A stretch of DNA of 64,000 bases, from positions 160,001 to 224,000 of the forward strand of contig CAWFJP010000018.1 in NCBI GenBank assembly GCA_963816145.1, written 5' to 3'. Below, one piece after another: positions 23,032-33,095 of this stretch. The stretch is from an uncultured delta proteobacterium (GTDB lineage: Bacteria > Desulfobacterota > Binatia > UBA9968). The position numbers and the translations under genes are program-made. The notes beneath the pieces were generated by a model that did not search any database, had not been told where the DNA came from, and saw only the letters and a list, made by a program, of their open reading frames with translations. The number at the start of each line of letters is the position of its first letter. Positions within the stretch are counted from its first letter, which is position 1.

Positions 23032-24018
23032 ATGGTCCGGCAACTCGACATCCGCCAGCGCGCTGCGCTTTATCAAATTTTCCTGTTGGCCGGCGTCTGC
23101 CTTGCCGGCTGGTATTTCATCGCCAATGCGGTGGACAACTTGCTGGCGCGCCGCATCGCCAGCGGCTTTGGCTTTCTCTGGCGCGAGGCCGGCTTCGAAA
23201 TCGGCGAGAGCACGCTACTCTCCTTCAGCGCCGCCGATAGTTATTTTAAAGCGCTCACCGTCGGACTGCTCAACACGTTCCGAGTCGCGCTATTGGCCGT
23301 AGTGTTCTCGACCGTCATCGGTGTCGCCGTCGGGCTAGCCCGCTTGTCGCCCAACTGGTTGTTGACCAAACTCGCCTCAACGTATGTCGAACTGCTGCGC
23401 AATATTCCGTTGGTCGTGCAGCTGTTCTTTTGGTACGCCGTGATCACCGAAAGCTTTCCCGCGCCGGCCCAGGCCTTGAATCCGCTGCCGGGATTTTATT
23501 TGAGTAACCGCGGCCTCGCCGTGCCGACGATCTCCACGTTGCTGCCGCTCGCGATCGACTATCCTGCGTTTAGCGGCTTTAATTTTTCCGGCGGTGTAGC
23601 GCTGTCGCCGGAATTTACCGCGCTCTTTCTCGGCCTTGCCCTTTACACCGCAGCATTCATCGGCGAAATCGTCCGCGCCGGCATCCTCGCCGTCGACCGC
23701 GGCCAATACGAAGCGGCACAGTCGCAAGGATTGAGCCCAGCTCAGCTCATGCGCTTGATCATTTTGCCGCAAGCTTTGCGCCTGGTCGTGCCGCCGGTAA
23801 CCAGCCAATACTTGAACTGCATCAAGAATAGCTCCCTGGCTGTCGCCATCGGCTATCCCGACCTGGTGTCCATTGCCAACACCACCATCAACCAGACCGG
23901 CCAAGCCATCGAAGGTATCGCGGTGATCATGCTGGTCTATCTGACCATCAGCCTGGCGATATCCGCGTTGATGAATCGCTACAACCGGCGTTTCGCCTGG
24001 CGCGGAGGCAAAACGTGA
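23032..24018 (+). CDS. aapQ: General L-amino acid ABC transporter permease
   Basis: SGFGFL..EAGFEI, GLLNT, RNIPL, EIVRAGI and KNSSLAVAIGYPDL motifs. Confidence 0.9.
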   Translation: MVRQLDIRQRAALYQIFLLAGVCLAGWYFIANAVDNLLARRIASGFGFLWREAGFEIGESTLLSFSAADSYFKALTVGLLNTFRVALLAVVFSTVIGVAVGLARLSPNWLLTKLASTYVELLRNIPLVVQLFFWYAVITESFPAPAQALNPLPGFYLSNRGLAVPTISTLLPLAIDYPAFSGFNFSGGVALSPEFTALFLGLALYTAAFIGEIVRAGILAVDRGQYEAAQSQGLSPAQLMRLIILPQALRLVVPPVTSQYLNCIKNSSLAVAIGYPDLVSIANTTINQTGQAIEGIAVIMLVYLTISLAISALMNRYNRRFAWRGGKT

Positions 24019-25103
24019 ACTTGACCAACGGGCGCGGTGCTTCGGGTTGCCAGTGGGCGCGCAGCCGACTGTTTGGCAGTTGGCCGAGCTCGCTGGCAAC
24101 CTTGGCGATCGTCTATTTAGCGGCAAGATGGTTGCCGCCGTTGCTTAACTGGGCATTGCTCCGCGCCGTGTGGTCGCCGGACCGCGCCGCTGCCTGTCGC
24201 GATAGTCAGGGTGCTTGCTGGGCCTTTGTCGCCGACAAATTTCGCTTTATTCTGTTTGCCACCTTCCCTGCCGACCAGCACTGGCGGCCGGCTTTAGTGA
24301 TCGCCATCCTGCTCGCGCTCTACGGTGTGAGTGGCTTTCAGCTGGTGCGCCGGCTAAGACTGCTCTGCCTCTGGCTCGGCGGGCTTGCTTTAATTGGCCT
24401 GCTCATGTGGGGCGGGATTTTTGGTTTGACCTACGTCGAGAACGAACGCTGGGGCGGACTGACGCTGACGCTTCTGCTCAGCACCTTTGGCATAGCTCTG
24501 GCGTTCCCCCTATCGATCCTATTGGCCCTCGGGCGGCGCTCCGAGATGCCGCTCCTACGTTGGTTCTCGATTGGTTATATCGAATTGATTCGCGGTGTGC
24601 CGCTGATCTCGGTGCTGTTCATGGCCTCGGTGATGCTGCCCTTATTTCTGCCGCAGGGAGTTTCTATCGACAAGCTGCTGCGCGCGCAATTGGCAATGAT
24701 TCTGTTCGCCGCAGCCTATCTGGCGGAAGTCATCCGCGGCGGCCTGCAAGCGATCCCGCCGCAGCAAGAAGAGGCCGCCCTCGCCACTGGCCTGAGCTAC
24801 TGGCAACGCGTCTGTTACGTCACCCTGCCGCAAGCCTTGCGCGTCGCCATTCCGCCCTTGGTCAATACCTTTATCGGCTTTTTCAAGGACACTTCATTGG
24901 TCGTCATCATCGGCCTGTTCGATTTTTTCACCACCATCAAGGTCTCTCTCAATGAGCCGGCCTGGAGCGGCTTCGGCATCGAGGCCTACCTGTTCGCCGC
25001 CCTTGGTTATTTTGCCTTCTGTTATCCCATGTCGCGCTATAGCCAGGCGCTTGAGCGCCAAACCGCCCATGGCACCGGCTTGAGCGCGCTACGAGAAAAT
25101 TAG
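24015..25103 (+). CDS. aapM: General L-amino acid ABC transporter permease
   Basis: WGGLTLTL, LALGRRS, IELIRGVPLI, AEVIRGGLQAI and FKDTSLV motifs. Confidence 0.9.
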   Translation: MNLTNGRGASGCQWARSRLFGSWPSSLATLAIVYLAARWLPPLLNWALLRAVWSPDRAAACRDSQGACWAFVADKFRFILFATFPADQHWRPALVIAILLALYGVSGFQLVRRLRLLCLWLGGLALIGLLMWGGIFGLTYVENERWGGLTLTLLLSTFGIALAFPLSILLALGRRSEMPLLRWFSIGYIELIRGVPLISVLFMASVMLPLFLPQGVSIDKLLRAQLAMILFAAAYLAEVIRGGLQAIPPQQEEAALATGLSYWQRVCYVTLPQALRVAIPPLVNTFIGFFKDTSLVVIIGLFDFFTTIKVSLNEPAWSGFGIEAYLFAALGYFAFCYPMSRYSQALERQTAHGTGLSALREN

Positions 25104-25168
25104 CCGCGCCGGTTTGGGCTGGGCAAGCGGCATGTGCTAAAATTCACTTCATCCACTCGACAGCGAAG

Positions 25169-25915
25169 ATGAGGAAACTGTTAGTCTGCCAGCATGTGCC
25201 GCACGAAATCCTCGGCACCCTCAACCCGATGCTCAAGCGCGCCGGCTTTCGTATCCGCTACGTTAATTTTGGCCGCCATCCCGACGCCGAACCAACCCTG
25301 GACGGCTACGATGGCCTGGTCGTACTGGGCGGACCCATGTCGGCCTACGACGACCATCGGCTGCCCCACTTGGCGGTTGAGATGAGACTGATCGAAAGCG
25401 CCATGCAACGGAATTTGCCGGTCCTGGGCATCTGCCTCGGCGCCCAGTTGGTGGCCCGCACCCTCGGTGCGCGGGTCTATGCCAACCACATCAAAGAGAT
25501 CGGCTGGTACCATGTCGCGCCGTCGGACCATGCCGCACAAGACCCGCTGTTCGATGAGTTCGGCGAATCCGAAACGCTCTTTCAATGGCATGGCGACACC
25601 TTCGAGATTCCCAATGGAGCGATCCATCTGGCCTGGTCGCGCCACTGTGTGAATCAAGCGTTTCGTTACGGCAACAACGTTTACGCCTTTCAATTCCATC
25701 TCGAAGTCGACGAAGCGATGATCCTGCGTTGGCTCAAGGTGCCGGAGAACCGCCGCGAAATCGCCAGCCTGCATGGCGACATCGACCCGGACCAGATTCA
25801 CCTCCAGAGCGGCCACCACATCGGCCGGCTCCATGAGCTGAGCGACCGCGTATTCGGCGAGTTCATCGAGCTGTTCGGTCTGGACAAAAGCCGTCGCCGT
25901 TTGGTTTCGAGGTAG
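25169..25915 (+). CDS. Type 1 glutamine amidotransferase (GMP synthase-like)
   Basis: LGGPMS, LGICLGAQL, FQWHGDTF and FQFHLE motifs. Confidence 0.9.
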   Translation: MRKLLVCQHVPHEILGTLNPMLKRAGFRIRYVNFGRHPDAEPTLDGYDGLVVLGGPMSAYDDHRLPHLAVEMRLIESAMQRNLPVLGICLGAQLVARTLGARVYANHIKEIGWYHVAPSDHAAQDPLFDEFGESETLFQWHGDTFEIPNGAIHLAWSRHCVNQAFRYGNNVYAFQFHLEVDEAMILRWLKVPENRREIASLHGDIDPDQIHLQSGHHIGRLHELSDRVFGEFIELFGLDKSRRRLVSR

Positions 25916-26065
25916 TCGGCGATTCAACCGACGGTTGAACCGCAAGTGAACCATGGGATCAGAGTTTATGACAGATTTGAACGAATTGGCGTGAATTTGA
26001 CTTGAATGGATGGAAGACGTGAGAAGAAAAATTTTACCGTGAAAGTCAGCTCACGAACCTCCACG

Positions 26066-26197
26066 TCACGGCTCCGGCCGGTGCCTTCTAACTGCCACAA
26101 GGGATTTTCTTTGCTTTCGTAACGCCACCGTTGCGAAATAGGAACCGAGCGAGAGCACCGCAGCGAGCACCGACCGTTCAAACATGTGATAGAGCAT
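26066..26197 (-). CDS. Small hydrophobic protein (43 aa)
   Basis: CAGGAG RBS; MLYHMFERSVLAAVLSLGSYFATVALRKQRKSLVAVRRHRPEP; sigma54 motif just upstream. Confidence 0.5.
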   Translation of the reverse strand: MLYHMFERSVLAAVLSLGSYFATVALRKQRKSLVAVRRHRPEP

Positions 26198-26224
26198 GGC
26201 AGTTTTACTCCTGATGCGATACAC

Positions 26225-26240
26225 AGCAACACTGATGCCA
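26225..26240 (-). promoter_or_regulatory. sigma54 -24/-12 promoter
   Basis: TGGCATCAGTGTTGCT (GG-N10-GC). Confidence 0.65.
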
Positions 26241-26400
26241 TGTGTCGAGGCGAGAAATAACGGCGGCTTAGTTGATCGCGGCGCTGGACTGAGTTGTGAC
26301 AGATGCGGCAAGACTGTCAGGAATGACTGCACCCATGGCAATTGTGATTGATCAAGCTGAAACGAAACGCTAACCGAAATAGACCCAGGAAATTCTTACA

Positions 26401-27528
26401 ATGACTCGAACATGGCCGAACCTATTCCTCGTACTGCTATTGAAGCTGACGCTGGTCGCGACCGGCTCAGCCGCCGAACCCAAGCCGGCGACCGGCCAAG
26501 AATGGGAAATTTTCGTTAAGAAAGCCGAGGAGGAGGGCGAGGTCGCCATTTATGCCACCGACTCCATCGGCCATGCTCAGACAATCTGGGCGGCATTCCA
26601 AAAACGCTACCCGAAAATCAAGCTGCTTGGCACCTCGGTCGGCCGGGGTAGCGACCTATTCCCCAAGCTTTTCAGCGAACGGCGCGCCGGCAAATATCTC
26701 GCCGATGTCTTTCTCGCCGGTCCGACCGCAGTCCATCTCAACCTCTATCCGGCCAAGGTCCTCGATCCCGTGCCGCCGGCACTGATCCATCCGAATGTCA
26801 CCGATCTATCTAAATGGTGGCAGGGCAAACACCACTACGTCGACCCCGAAGGCCAATACAACTTCATGTACGAAAGCGCACTCTACGGTCCGCCGCTTTC
26901 GTTCAATACCGGCATCGTCAATGAAAAGGAAATCAAATCAGCCTGGGATCTGGTTCAGCCGCAATGGAAGGGCAAGTACGCGGTGCTGCAGTTAAACGCG
27001 ACGCAGGGTTCCACCGCTTTGTCGTATGTCTATCACCATCCTCAACTGGGTGCGAAATTCATCGAGCGCATCTATCGCGATATGGAGCCAACCTTCTTCC
27101 GCGATTTGCGCCAGGGAACCGACTGGCTGTCGCAGGGGAAGTTCCCAATCTGCTTTCTCTGCCGGCGTATCGACCGCGCCCAGATGCAAGGACTGCCGGT
27201 CGCTGAGCTTGATCCTTACGCCATCAGCGAGCGGCCCGGCATCGGCTCTGGCTCAGGATCTATCGTCTTGATGAATCGCCACCCGCATGCCAACGCTGCC
27301 AAGGTTTTTATCAATTGGTTTTTGTCGCAGGAAGGCCAGACCGCCTTTCTGCAAGCCAACAAGGAGGAGCTACGCGTCGGCTCCATGCGCGAAGATTTGC
27401 CGCAAGAGATTTTGCCGCCCCTGGCGCGCCGGAGAAAAGATAAAGATTATCTTTTCATCAACAGACCGGAGTGGATGGATTTCAAACCGATCCAAGCCCT
27501 GCTCGATCAGTTGAAAAAGGGCAAATAG
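26401..27528 (+). CDS. Extracellular solute-binding protein (Fe3+/thiamine-like SBP family)
   Basis: Signal peptide; AEEEGEVAIY; FQKRYPKIK; PHANAAKVFINWFLSQEGQ. Confidence 0.85.
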   Translation: MTRTWPNLFLVLLLKLTLVATGSAAEPKPATGQEWEIFVKKAEEEGEVAIYATDSIGHAQTIWAAFQKRYPKIKLLGTSVGRGSDLFPKLFSERRAGKYLADVFLAGPTAVHLNLYPAKVLDPVPPALIHPNVTDLSKWWQGKHHYVDPEGQYNFMYESALYGPPLSFNTGIVNEKEIKSAWDLVQPQWKGKYAVLQLNATQGSTALSYVYHHPQLGAKFIERIYRDMEPTFFRDLRQGTDWLSQGKFPICFLCRRIDRAQMQGLPVAELDPYAISERPGIGSGSGSIVLMNRHPHANAAKVFINWFLSQEGQTAFLQANKEELRVGSMREDLPQEILPPLARRRKDKDYLFINRPEWMDFKPIQALLDQLKKGK

Positions 27529-27616
27529 ACAATCGCTTGCTTACCGACGGCGGTGAACAAGCCAAAGTCGATCGGTGTGCTAGCGAGTTAAAAAATCCGG
27601 GATGGAAATCGGCCGG

Positions 27617-27751
27617 CTACTTTGTCCCGACACGAAAGCTATGCACGGCTCTCCTGGTTCTCTTGGTTTTGCCCAGCATGCGCAGAATTACGATTGCTGC
27701 CAGCGGCACCAGCACCACCACTAACGCTAGTAAGATCATGTCGTTTAACAT
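27617..27751 (-). CDS. Small single-TM protein (44 aa)
   Basis: GAGGAG RBS; MLNDMILLALVVVLVPLAAIVILRMLGKTKRTRRAVHSFRVGTK; below the ORF-track size cutoff. Confidence 0.6.
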   Translation of the reverse strand: MLNDMILLALVVVLVPLAAIVILRMLGKTKRTRRAVHSFRVGTK

Positions 27752-27780
27752 GTCGCGCTTCTCCTCTAGGGCTGCCTATC

Positions 27781-27858
27781 AGCAACCCGGAGGCCAGGCA
27801 GCAATGTAAACTTTTCAAACACTTAGCTTCAGTAAGAGTGTCGTTGACACTGTCAACG
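27781..27858 (-). promoter_or_regulatory. sigma54 promoter with IHF-like site and palindromic enhancer candidate
   Basis: TGGCCTCCGGGTTGCT at 27781-27796; TTTCAAACACTTA at 27813-27825; CGTTGACA-C-TGTCAACG at 27842-27858. Confidence 0.6.
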
Positions 27859-28000
27859 GTGGACAGAAATGACAAGAATGACAATCCAAGCGCGATCGTT
27901 TACCCGACGTGAGCGCTGACCACGGCAAAATATTTTAGCCACAGCGCAAAACGCCGGATATGAATTCTGAAGCAATGGAAACCGCCCATCTGGTGAAATT

Positions 28001-28420
28001 CTATTCGTCGCGCCCCGGCCGCACTGTCGACCTGCGGCCCTTCTTCTCCGACTGATGGCGCTTGTCGTCGAGCATGCGCATTTTGGCGCGGTGCGACCGC
28101 TTGCGTTTCTGCCGGCGGATCTTGTCGATGCGTTGCGCCTCGGCGCTGGCGGCACCGCGCTGCTCGGTGTCGATCTTATCGAGCAACAGTCGGCGCGCCA
28201 ACAAGCGATTGAGCGCCTGGGAGCGCTCCCGTTGGCATTTGACGCGGATTCCCGTGGGCCGGTGGTGCAGCACGACGCAAGACGACACTTTATTGACGTT
28301 CTGGCCGCCGGCTCCCGAGGATCGCACAAACTGCTCATCGATATCGGCCTCGCGCACGCCGAGAGCGAGCATGCGCGCGGCAAGCTGCTTCGCTTTGTCG
28401 GCAGAAATAAGCGTCGCCAT
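28001..28420 (-). CDS. Peptide chain release factor-like protein (ArfB/YaeJ-type ribosome rescue factor)
   Basis: [13 protein letters not shown] (GGQ), ERSQALNR and a basic C-terminal tail. Confidence 0.88.
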   Translation of the reverse strand: MATLISADKAKQLAARMLALGVREADIDEQFVRSSGAGGQNVNKVSSCVVLHHRPTGIRVKCQRERSQALNRLLARRLLLDKIDTEQRGAASAEAQRIDKIRRQKRKRSHRAKMRMLDDKRHQSEKKGRRSTVRPGRDE

Positions 28421-28441
28421 GGCTACTCAGAATTGACGATC

Positions 28442-29524
28442 CTATAGACCGTAAAGCGCCTTGGGATTGTCGAATAGAATTTTTCGCTTTACCTCTGGGC
28501 TTAATTCCGCCATCGCCTTGAAGCGCGCGATGGCATTAAGCTCGCTTGAGGTATCTCCATGGCCGTAGTCGGTGCCAATGACCAGATTCCCCTCGCCGGC
28601 GTAGGACAGGATGTATGGAAAATCGTCATCGGTCTGGGTCGACACATAAATATTATACTCGGCGAGACAATCGCGCGAGATCGGCCGGGCGCTGCCAAGC
28701 GAGCGGCGTATCGCCTCGTGAATCACCCAGGGCACCCATTGGCTCGACACCTCGATGAAACCCCAGCGGAGCCTGGGAAAGACTTGGGGAATCTCGCTCA
28801 TGATCAACGCATAGCAAGAGGTTACCGTCGGCACGCGAAAGGTCGAGAAACCGCCGCCGGCTTCGTTGGTCATGAGTTTGAAAAGTTCCGGGCTGCCGTT
28901 GCCCAGATGCACGGTGACCGGTATGTCGAGTCGCTGGGCCTCTTCGTAGATCGGATAGTAAAACGGATCGGTCATCATCCGGTCGCGTTCGAAAGGCCGC
29001 ATGCACACGCCGACCGCGCCGTGTTCTTTGGCGAAGCGGATCTGTGGCACGGCTTCTTCGGGTGACAATGCCGGGACGACGCAGGTCCAGCGCAAGCGGT
29101 CTTCGCCCAGCTTCCAAACATCCGCCAACCAGCGGTTCCACGCCCAGCTGAGCGCGATCTCGGCATCAGGCCGGCTGGTGAGCGGGGTGATCCACAGCGA
29201 GTTGAACAGCACCTGAACGTCGATGCCAAGCTCGTCCATATGCTGGAGCCGCTGGGTGACATTGGACAGCTCGCGCGCCGCTACCGGCGTGCCTACCTCC
29301 CGGCCAAACCGTTTGAGATGCGCTGCCGACTCTTGGTCATCGGGCGAGGGAAACTTACTGCCGAGATTTTCGCCATCAAGAACCCAAATTTGCCGTCTGG
29401 GATTTTCCGGCGACGGCATCAAGGTCGGACGAAATTTTTTCTCGCTGCCCTCAAGGTAATCCCACACCCGGTCGGTCTCCACCACATGGGCGTCAGCATC
29501 GATTACCGCAGTTTTGTAGTTCAT
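28442..29524 (-). CDS. Amidohydrolase_2 family protein
   Basis: IDADAHV, MDELGIDVQVL, TVHLG, IGTDYGHGD and ILFDNPKALY motifs. Confidence 0.9.
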   Translation of the reverse strand: MNYKTAVIDADAHVVETDRVWDYLEGSEKKFRPTLMPSPENPRRQIWVLDGENLGSKFPSPDDQESAAHLKRFGREVGTPVAARELSNVTQRLQHMDELGIDVQVLFNSLWITPLTSRPDAEIALSWAWNRWLADVWKLGEDRLRWTCVVPALSPEEAVPQIRFAKEHGAVGVCMRPFERDRMMTDPFYYPIYEEAQRLDIPVTVHLGNGSPELFKLMTNEAGGGFSTFRVPTVTSCYALIMSEIPQVFPRLRWGFIEVSSQWVPWVIHEAIRRSLGSARPISRDCLAEYNIYVSTQTDDDFPYILSYAGEGNLVIGTDYGHGDTSSELNAIARFKAMAELSPEVKRKILFDNPKALYGL

Positions 29525-29658
29525 CTGCACAACTCCCTTGATTAGCAATAATTACCCGACGGGAACTCGACTGTCCACTACGTACCGACAGCACAATTTA
29601 GTTGGTGGTTCCGTTTGGCAAATTCATTCTTTTCTTTGCCGACGCCCCTACTCACATC

Positions 29659-29685
29659 TGTCATTTCGAGCGCAGCGAGAAATCC
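29659..29685. repeat. TGTCATTTCGAGCG.AGCGAGAAATC repeat, copy 2
   Basis: Near-identical to 14422-14448. Confidence 0.7.
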
Positions 29686-29843
29686 ACTCGACGCACGCCG
29701 GCAGGACTACCCTGAAACGGAACCATGACGAAAATTCCCCTAAGCTTGTCGTAATCCGCGCGCACACCGGCTATAACCATCCCTAACTCATCCCGCGGCG
29801 CTCAGTGCGAATCCTCGGCAGCGCGGATCGATGCGACACAACC

Positions 29844-30938
29844 ATGAACGAGTTCACCAACCTTCGTCAACAAATGCGCGGAATTCTCACCGCTCTGGTC
29901 ATCGGCGTCCCGGCCGGCTTTCTCTTCTCCTGGCTGCACACACCGATACCATGGATGCTCGGTCCGATGATCGCCGTGGCGAGCCTGAATCTCATGGGCG
30001 TGACCATGCATTCGCCGCCCTATGCACGCCAAGCAGGCCAAGTCATTTTGGGCTCGGCGGTGTCGCTTTACTTCACTCCCCCGGTGGTGGCAGCCCTCGC
30101 CGGCAATTTGCCGGCGGTGTTGGCGGCCACGGTCGCGGTATTTATTGTCGGCATCTTCGGCGCGCTGACTTTGAGCAAAGCGTCCGGTGTCGATTGGAAG
30201 TCAACCTTCTTTGCGTCGATCCCGGGTGGCGCTATGGCGATGGCCGTGCTCGCCGATCGCTACGGCGCGCAGATGTCGCCGGTGGCGGTGGCGCACAGCC
30301 TGCGGGTTTCGCTAGTCGTTATCATCGTTCCGTTGGTCCTGACCTACAGCGGTATTCCGTTGGAAGCGGCGGCCTACAAACCCAATCTACCGCTGGTTCC
30401 CGCGATCTTAGTGATCTGGCTGGTCGTCAGCGGTCTTCTGGGCGAACTCTCAGAACGGTGGCATTTTCACAATGGCTGCCTGCTCGTGCCGATATTTTTC
30501 GGCGCCGCGCTGACCATGGGCGGAGTCGAGTTGTCCGCCGTGCCGCACGTGCTCACCGACTTCGCCCAGCTCATGTTCGGTCTGGTTCTCGGCGCGCGTT
30601 ACGAACGGGCCTTCTTCGTACGCCACAAGTTGTTCATTCCCTTCGCGCTGCTCAACTCTTTCTTCATCTTGGTCGCCTCGGCGATCGCCGGCGCCGCCCT
30701 CGCCTGGGCTTTTGACCTACCAGTCGGAACCATGATACTTGCAACCTCCCCCGGCGGCTTGGCGGAGATGACAATTACCGCCCAGGCGCTCCATATCAGC
30801 GTACCGTTGGTCGTGGCGTTTCATTTATTTCGCGTGGTCGTCGTCAACATGGGCACGCAGCATATCTTCGTTGGGGTTTCGCGCTTGCTGGCACGCGCGC
30901 CGACGCCGGAAACATCGGCACCAGCGCCCGAACTCTAA
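29844..30938 (+). CDS. AbrB family membrane protein (AidB regulator-like, internally duplicated)
   Basis: PIPWMLGPM; repeated PGGAMAM...AHSLRV and PGGLAEM...FHLFRV motifs. Confidence 0.88.
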   Translation: MNEFTNLRQQMRGILTALVIGVPAGFLFSWLHTPIPWMLGPMIAVASLNLMGVTMHSPPYARQAGQVILGSAVSLYFTPPVVAALAGNLPAVLAATVAVFIVGIFGALTLSKASGVDWKSTFFASIPGGAMAMAVLADRYGAQMSPVAVAHSLRVSLVVIIVPLVLTYSGIPLEAAAYKPNLPLVPAILVIWLVVSGLLGELSERWHFHNGCLLVPIFFGAALTMGGVELSAVPHVLTDFAQLMFGLVLGARYERAFFVRHKLFIPFALLNSFFILVASAIAGAALAWAFDLPVGTMILATSPGGLAEMTITAQALHISVPLVVAFHLFRVVVVNMGTQHIFVGVSRLLARAPTPETSAPAPEL

Positions 30939-31054
30939 GCGAATTAATCATTGCGCCATGGTTGGAAGAGTTCGCCGCCGAGGTTTCTCCTTGCCGAAAA
31001 CCCTGCGAGCGATGTATGATCGAGCTATCGTGTTTCCCGGGATAACTGCATTCA

Positions 31055-31333
31055 ATGATGACTGACCAACAATTGATATCTCGGGTGCGAGTCGATCCCG
31101 AGATCTGCTCGGGCCGCCCTTACATTCGCGGTACGAGAATTCAGATCGCAGTCATTCTTGACGCCCTCAGCGGGGGCTTGTCGCCGCGAGAAGTCCTCGA
31201 TCACTACCCCGATCTGGATGCCGACGACCTTCGCGCCGCGGTCGCCTACGCCTGCAAGCTCGCTCGAGAGAATGGCGGTTTGGCGGTGCTTGACCCGCGA
31301 CGCGGTATCAAAGAGAGTTTTCAGCTAAGATGA
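31055..31333 (+). CDS. DUF433 domain protein (putative antitoxin)
   Basis: RVRVDPEICSGRPYIRGTRI...YPDL..DDLRAAVAYA. Confidence 0.88.
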   Translation: MMTDQQLISRVRVDPEICSGRPYIRGTRIQIAVILDALSGGLSPREVLDHYPDLDADDLRAAVAYACKLARENGGLAVLDPRRGIKESFQLR

Positions 31334-32399
31334 CATGAATCGCGGTGGGCTCTAGCGAAGCCGTCACCGCGCATCCCTCGCTCAAGGCCGCAGACTGACA
31401 GCGCGCCGATTCTGCCGAGCCGACTAGCGAGAAGCCGGTGCAATCGACGACAATCTGGCTGTCTGCTTGGGCGCAAAACACTTCCCGGATTTTTCCCTCG
31501 AATCGAATCGGCCTCTCCTGGCTTGGCACGCCAGCCGCGACCTGCACGTTATTGGCGCGGAAACAAAGAATCACCTTCGCACCCACCGCGTAGCTTCCCG
31601 ATATCACAATGCTTTGGCCGCCGACCGCAACTCTCGATATCGCACCGTTCGAGGCTTCAACAACGCCGGCGAGACGATTTTCAATGCCGATAATGGCGGC
31701 GACTAGATCGTTTAGGGGACGATGGAAAATTTCCTCGCGGCTACCGAATTGCACGATGCGGCCGCGATCCAACACCGCGACGCGCTTGGCGAGCGCGAAA
31801 GCTTCGTGGCGATCATGGGTAACCAAAATTACCGTCACGCCCAGACCCTTCACGGTGCGATAAAAATCCCGTAGCAAGGCCTCCCGGCTGGTGGGGTCCA
31901 ATGCAGCGAACGGTTCATCGAGGAGCAGCAAGTCGGGCTCTAGTACCAACGCGCGGGCTAGGCTAGCGCGTTGCGCTTCGCCGCCGGATAAAGTTCGCGC
32001 CGGACGCTCGGCTAGATGGCTAATCCCCAAACGCTTTAACCACGGCCGTACCCGACTTTCGATCTCCGCCTTGGCGGCGCCACGCAACCGCAGACCCAGC
32101 GCAACGTTGCCGTAAACACAGTCATCGACAAGCAACGGTTGCTGGAACACCGTGGCGATGCGCCGCCGCAACGCCAACGGATTGCGCTGTATCGCCGTGA
32201 GACGGGGGAACTCGACGGTTCCCCGGTCGATGGGCTGCAACAAGCCCATGACCCGCAGCAGCGTCGACTTGCCGGCGCCGTTGGCACCGATGATCGCCAG
32301 CACCTCACTGCTTGTGACTTCAAGTAAAGGAATATCGAGAGCCGTGGTCGCGCCATAGCGCACCAGGACGTCGCGCAGTCTTAAGAGAGTCTCGGCCAC
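31308..32399 (-). CDS. tupC: Tungstate ABC transporter ATP-binding protein with TOBE-like C-terminus
   Basis: GANGAGKST, LSGGEAQR and LLLDEPF motifs; operon context. Confidence 0.85.
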   Translation of the reverse strand: MAETLLRLRDVLVRYGATTALDIPLLEVTSSEVLAIIGANGAGKSTLLRVMGLLQPIDRGTVEFPRLTAIQRNPLALRRRIATVFQQPLLVDDCVYGNVALGLRLRGAAKAEIESRVRPWLKRLGISHLAERPARTLSGGEAQRASLARALVLEPDLLLLDEPFAALDPTSREALLRDFYRTVKGLGVTVILVTHDRHEAFALAKRVAVLDRGRIVQFGSREEIFHRPLNDLVAAIIGIENRLAGVVEASNGAISRVAVGGQSIVISGSYAVGAKVILCFRANNVQVAAGVPSQERPIRFEGKIREVFCAQADSQIVVDCTGFSLVGSAESARCQSAALSEGCAVTASLEPTAIHVILAENSL

Positions 32400-33088
32400 C
32401 GCAGCGGCTCCCGCTGTTGAATGCGTGTCAGAAAGAAATTTATCGCAAAGGTGAGCAGCAGCAGGATCACGCTGAGGGCGATGGCGACGTCAAAGTTGCC
32501 TTTGCCGGTTTCAAGCACCGTCGCGGTGGTGAGTACGCGGGTCTGGCCGCGAATATTGCCGCCGACCATCATGGACGCGCCGACTTCGGAGATCACGCCG
32601 CCGAAACCGGCCATGACCGCAGCCAATAGCGGCAAGCGTGCTTCCTTGCACAATAACCATAATAGTTGCGGCTTGGACGCGCCGATGCCGAGCATTTGCA
32701 GACTTAGGCGCGGATCAAGGCTCTGAAAACTCGCCAAGGTTAATCCGGCAACGATGGGCAGCGCGATCACCACCTGGGCCAACACCATCGCCGTTGGCGT
32801 GTAAATCCATTCGAGAAATCCCAACGGTCCGCTGCGCCAGAGTATCAATGAAACGAAGAGCCCGACCACCACCGGCGGCAGTCCCATGCCGGTATTGATC
32901 AGCGCTACGACCGCGGATCGGCCGGAGAACCGCGTCAGGGCCAGTAGCACACCCAAGGGCATGCCCAAGACTAACGCGACTAAAGTCGCTGTCATGGAAA
33001 TTTTTAGTGACAGCCAAGTGATCGCCAGAATCTCGCGATCGAAACCGGCGACGAGGTCGATTGCCTTGAGCAGCCCTTGGCCAATCAT
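32381..33088 (-). CDS. tupB: Tungstate ABC transporter permease
   Basis: NTGMGLPPVVVGL, ISEVGASMMVGGNI and TRVLTTA motifs. Confidence 0.9.
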   Translation of the reverse strand: MIGQGLLKAIDLVAGFDREILAITWLSLKISMTATLVALVLGMPLGVLLALTRFSGRSAVVALINTGMGLPPVVVGLFVSLILWRSGPLGFLEWIYTPTAMVLAQVVIALPIVAGLTLASFQSLDPRLSLQMLGIGASKPQLLWLLCKEARLPLLAAVMAGFGGVISEVGASMMVGGNIRGQTRVLTTATVLETGKGNFDVAIALSVILLLLTFAINFFLTRIQQREPLRWPRLS

Positions 33089-33095
33089 TTCCAAG

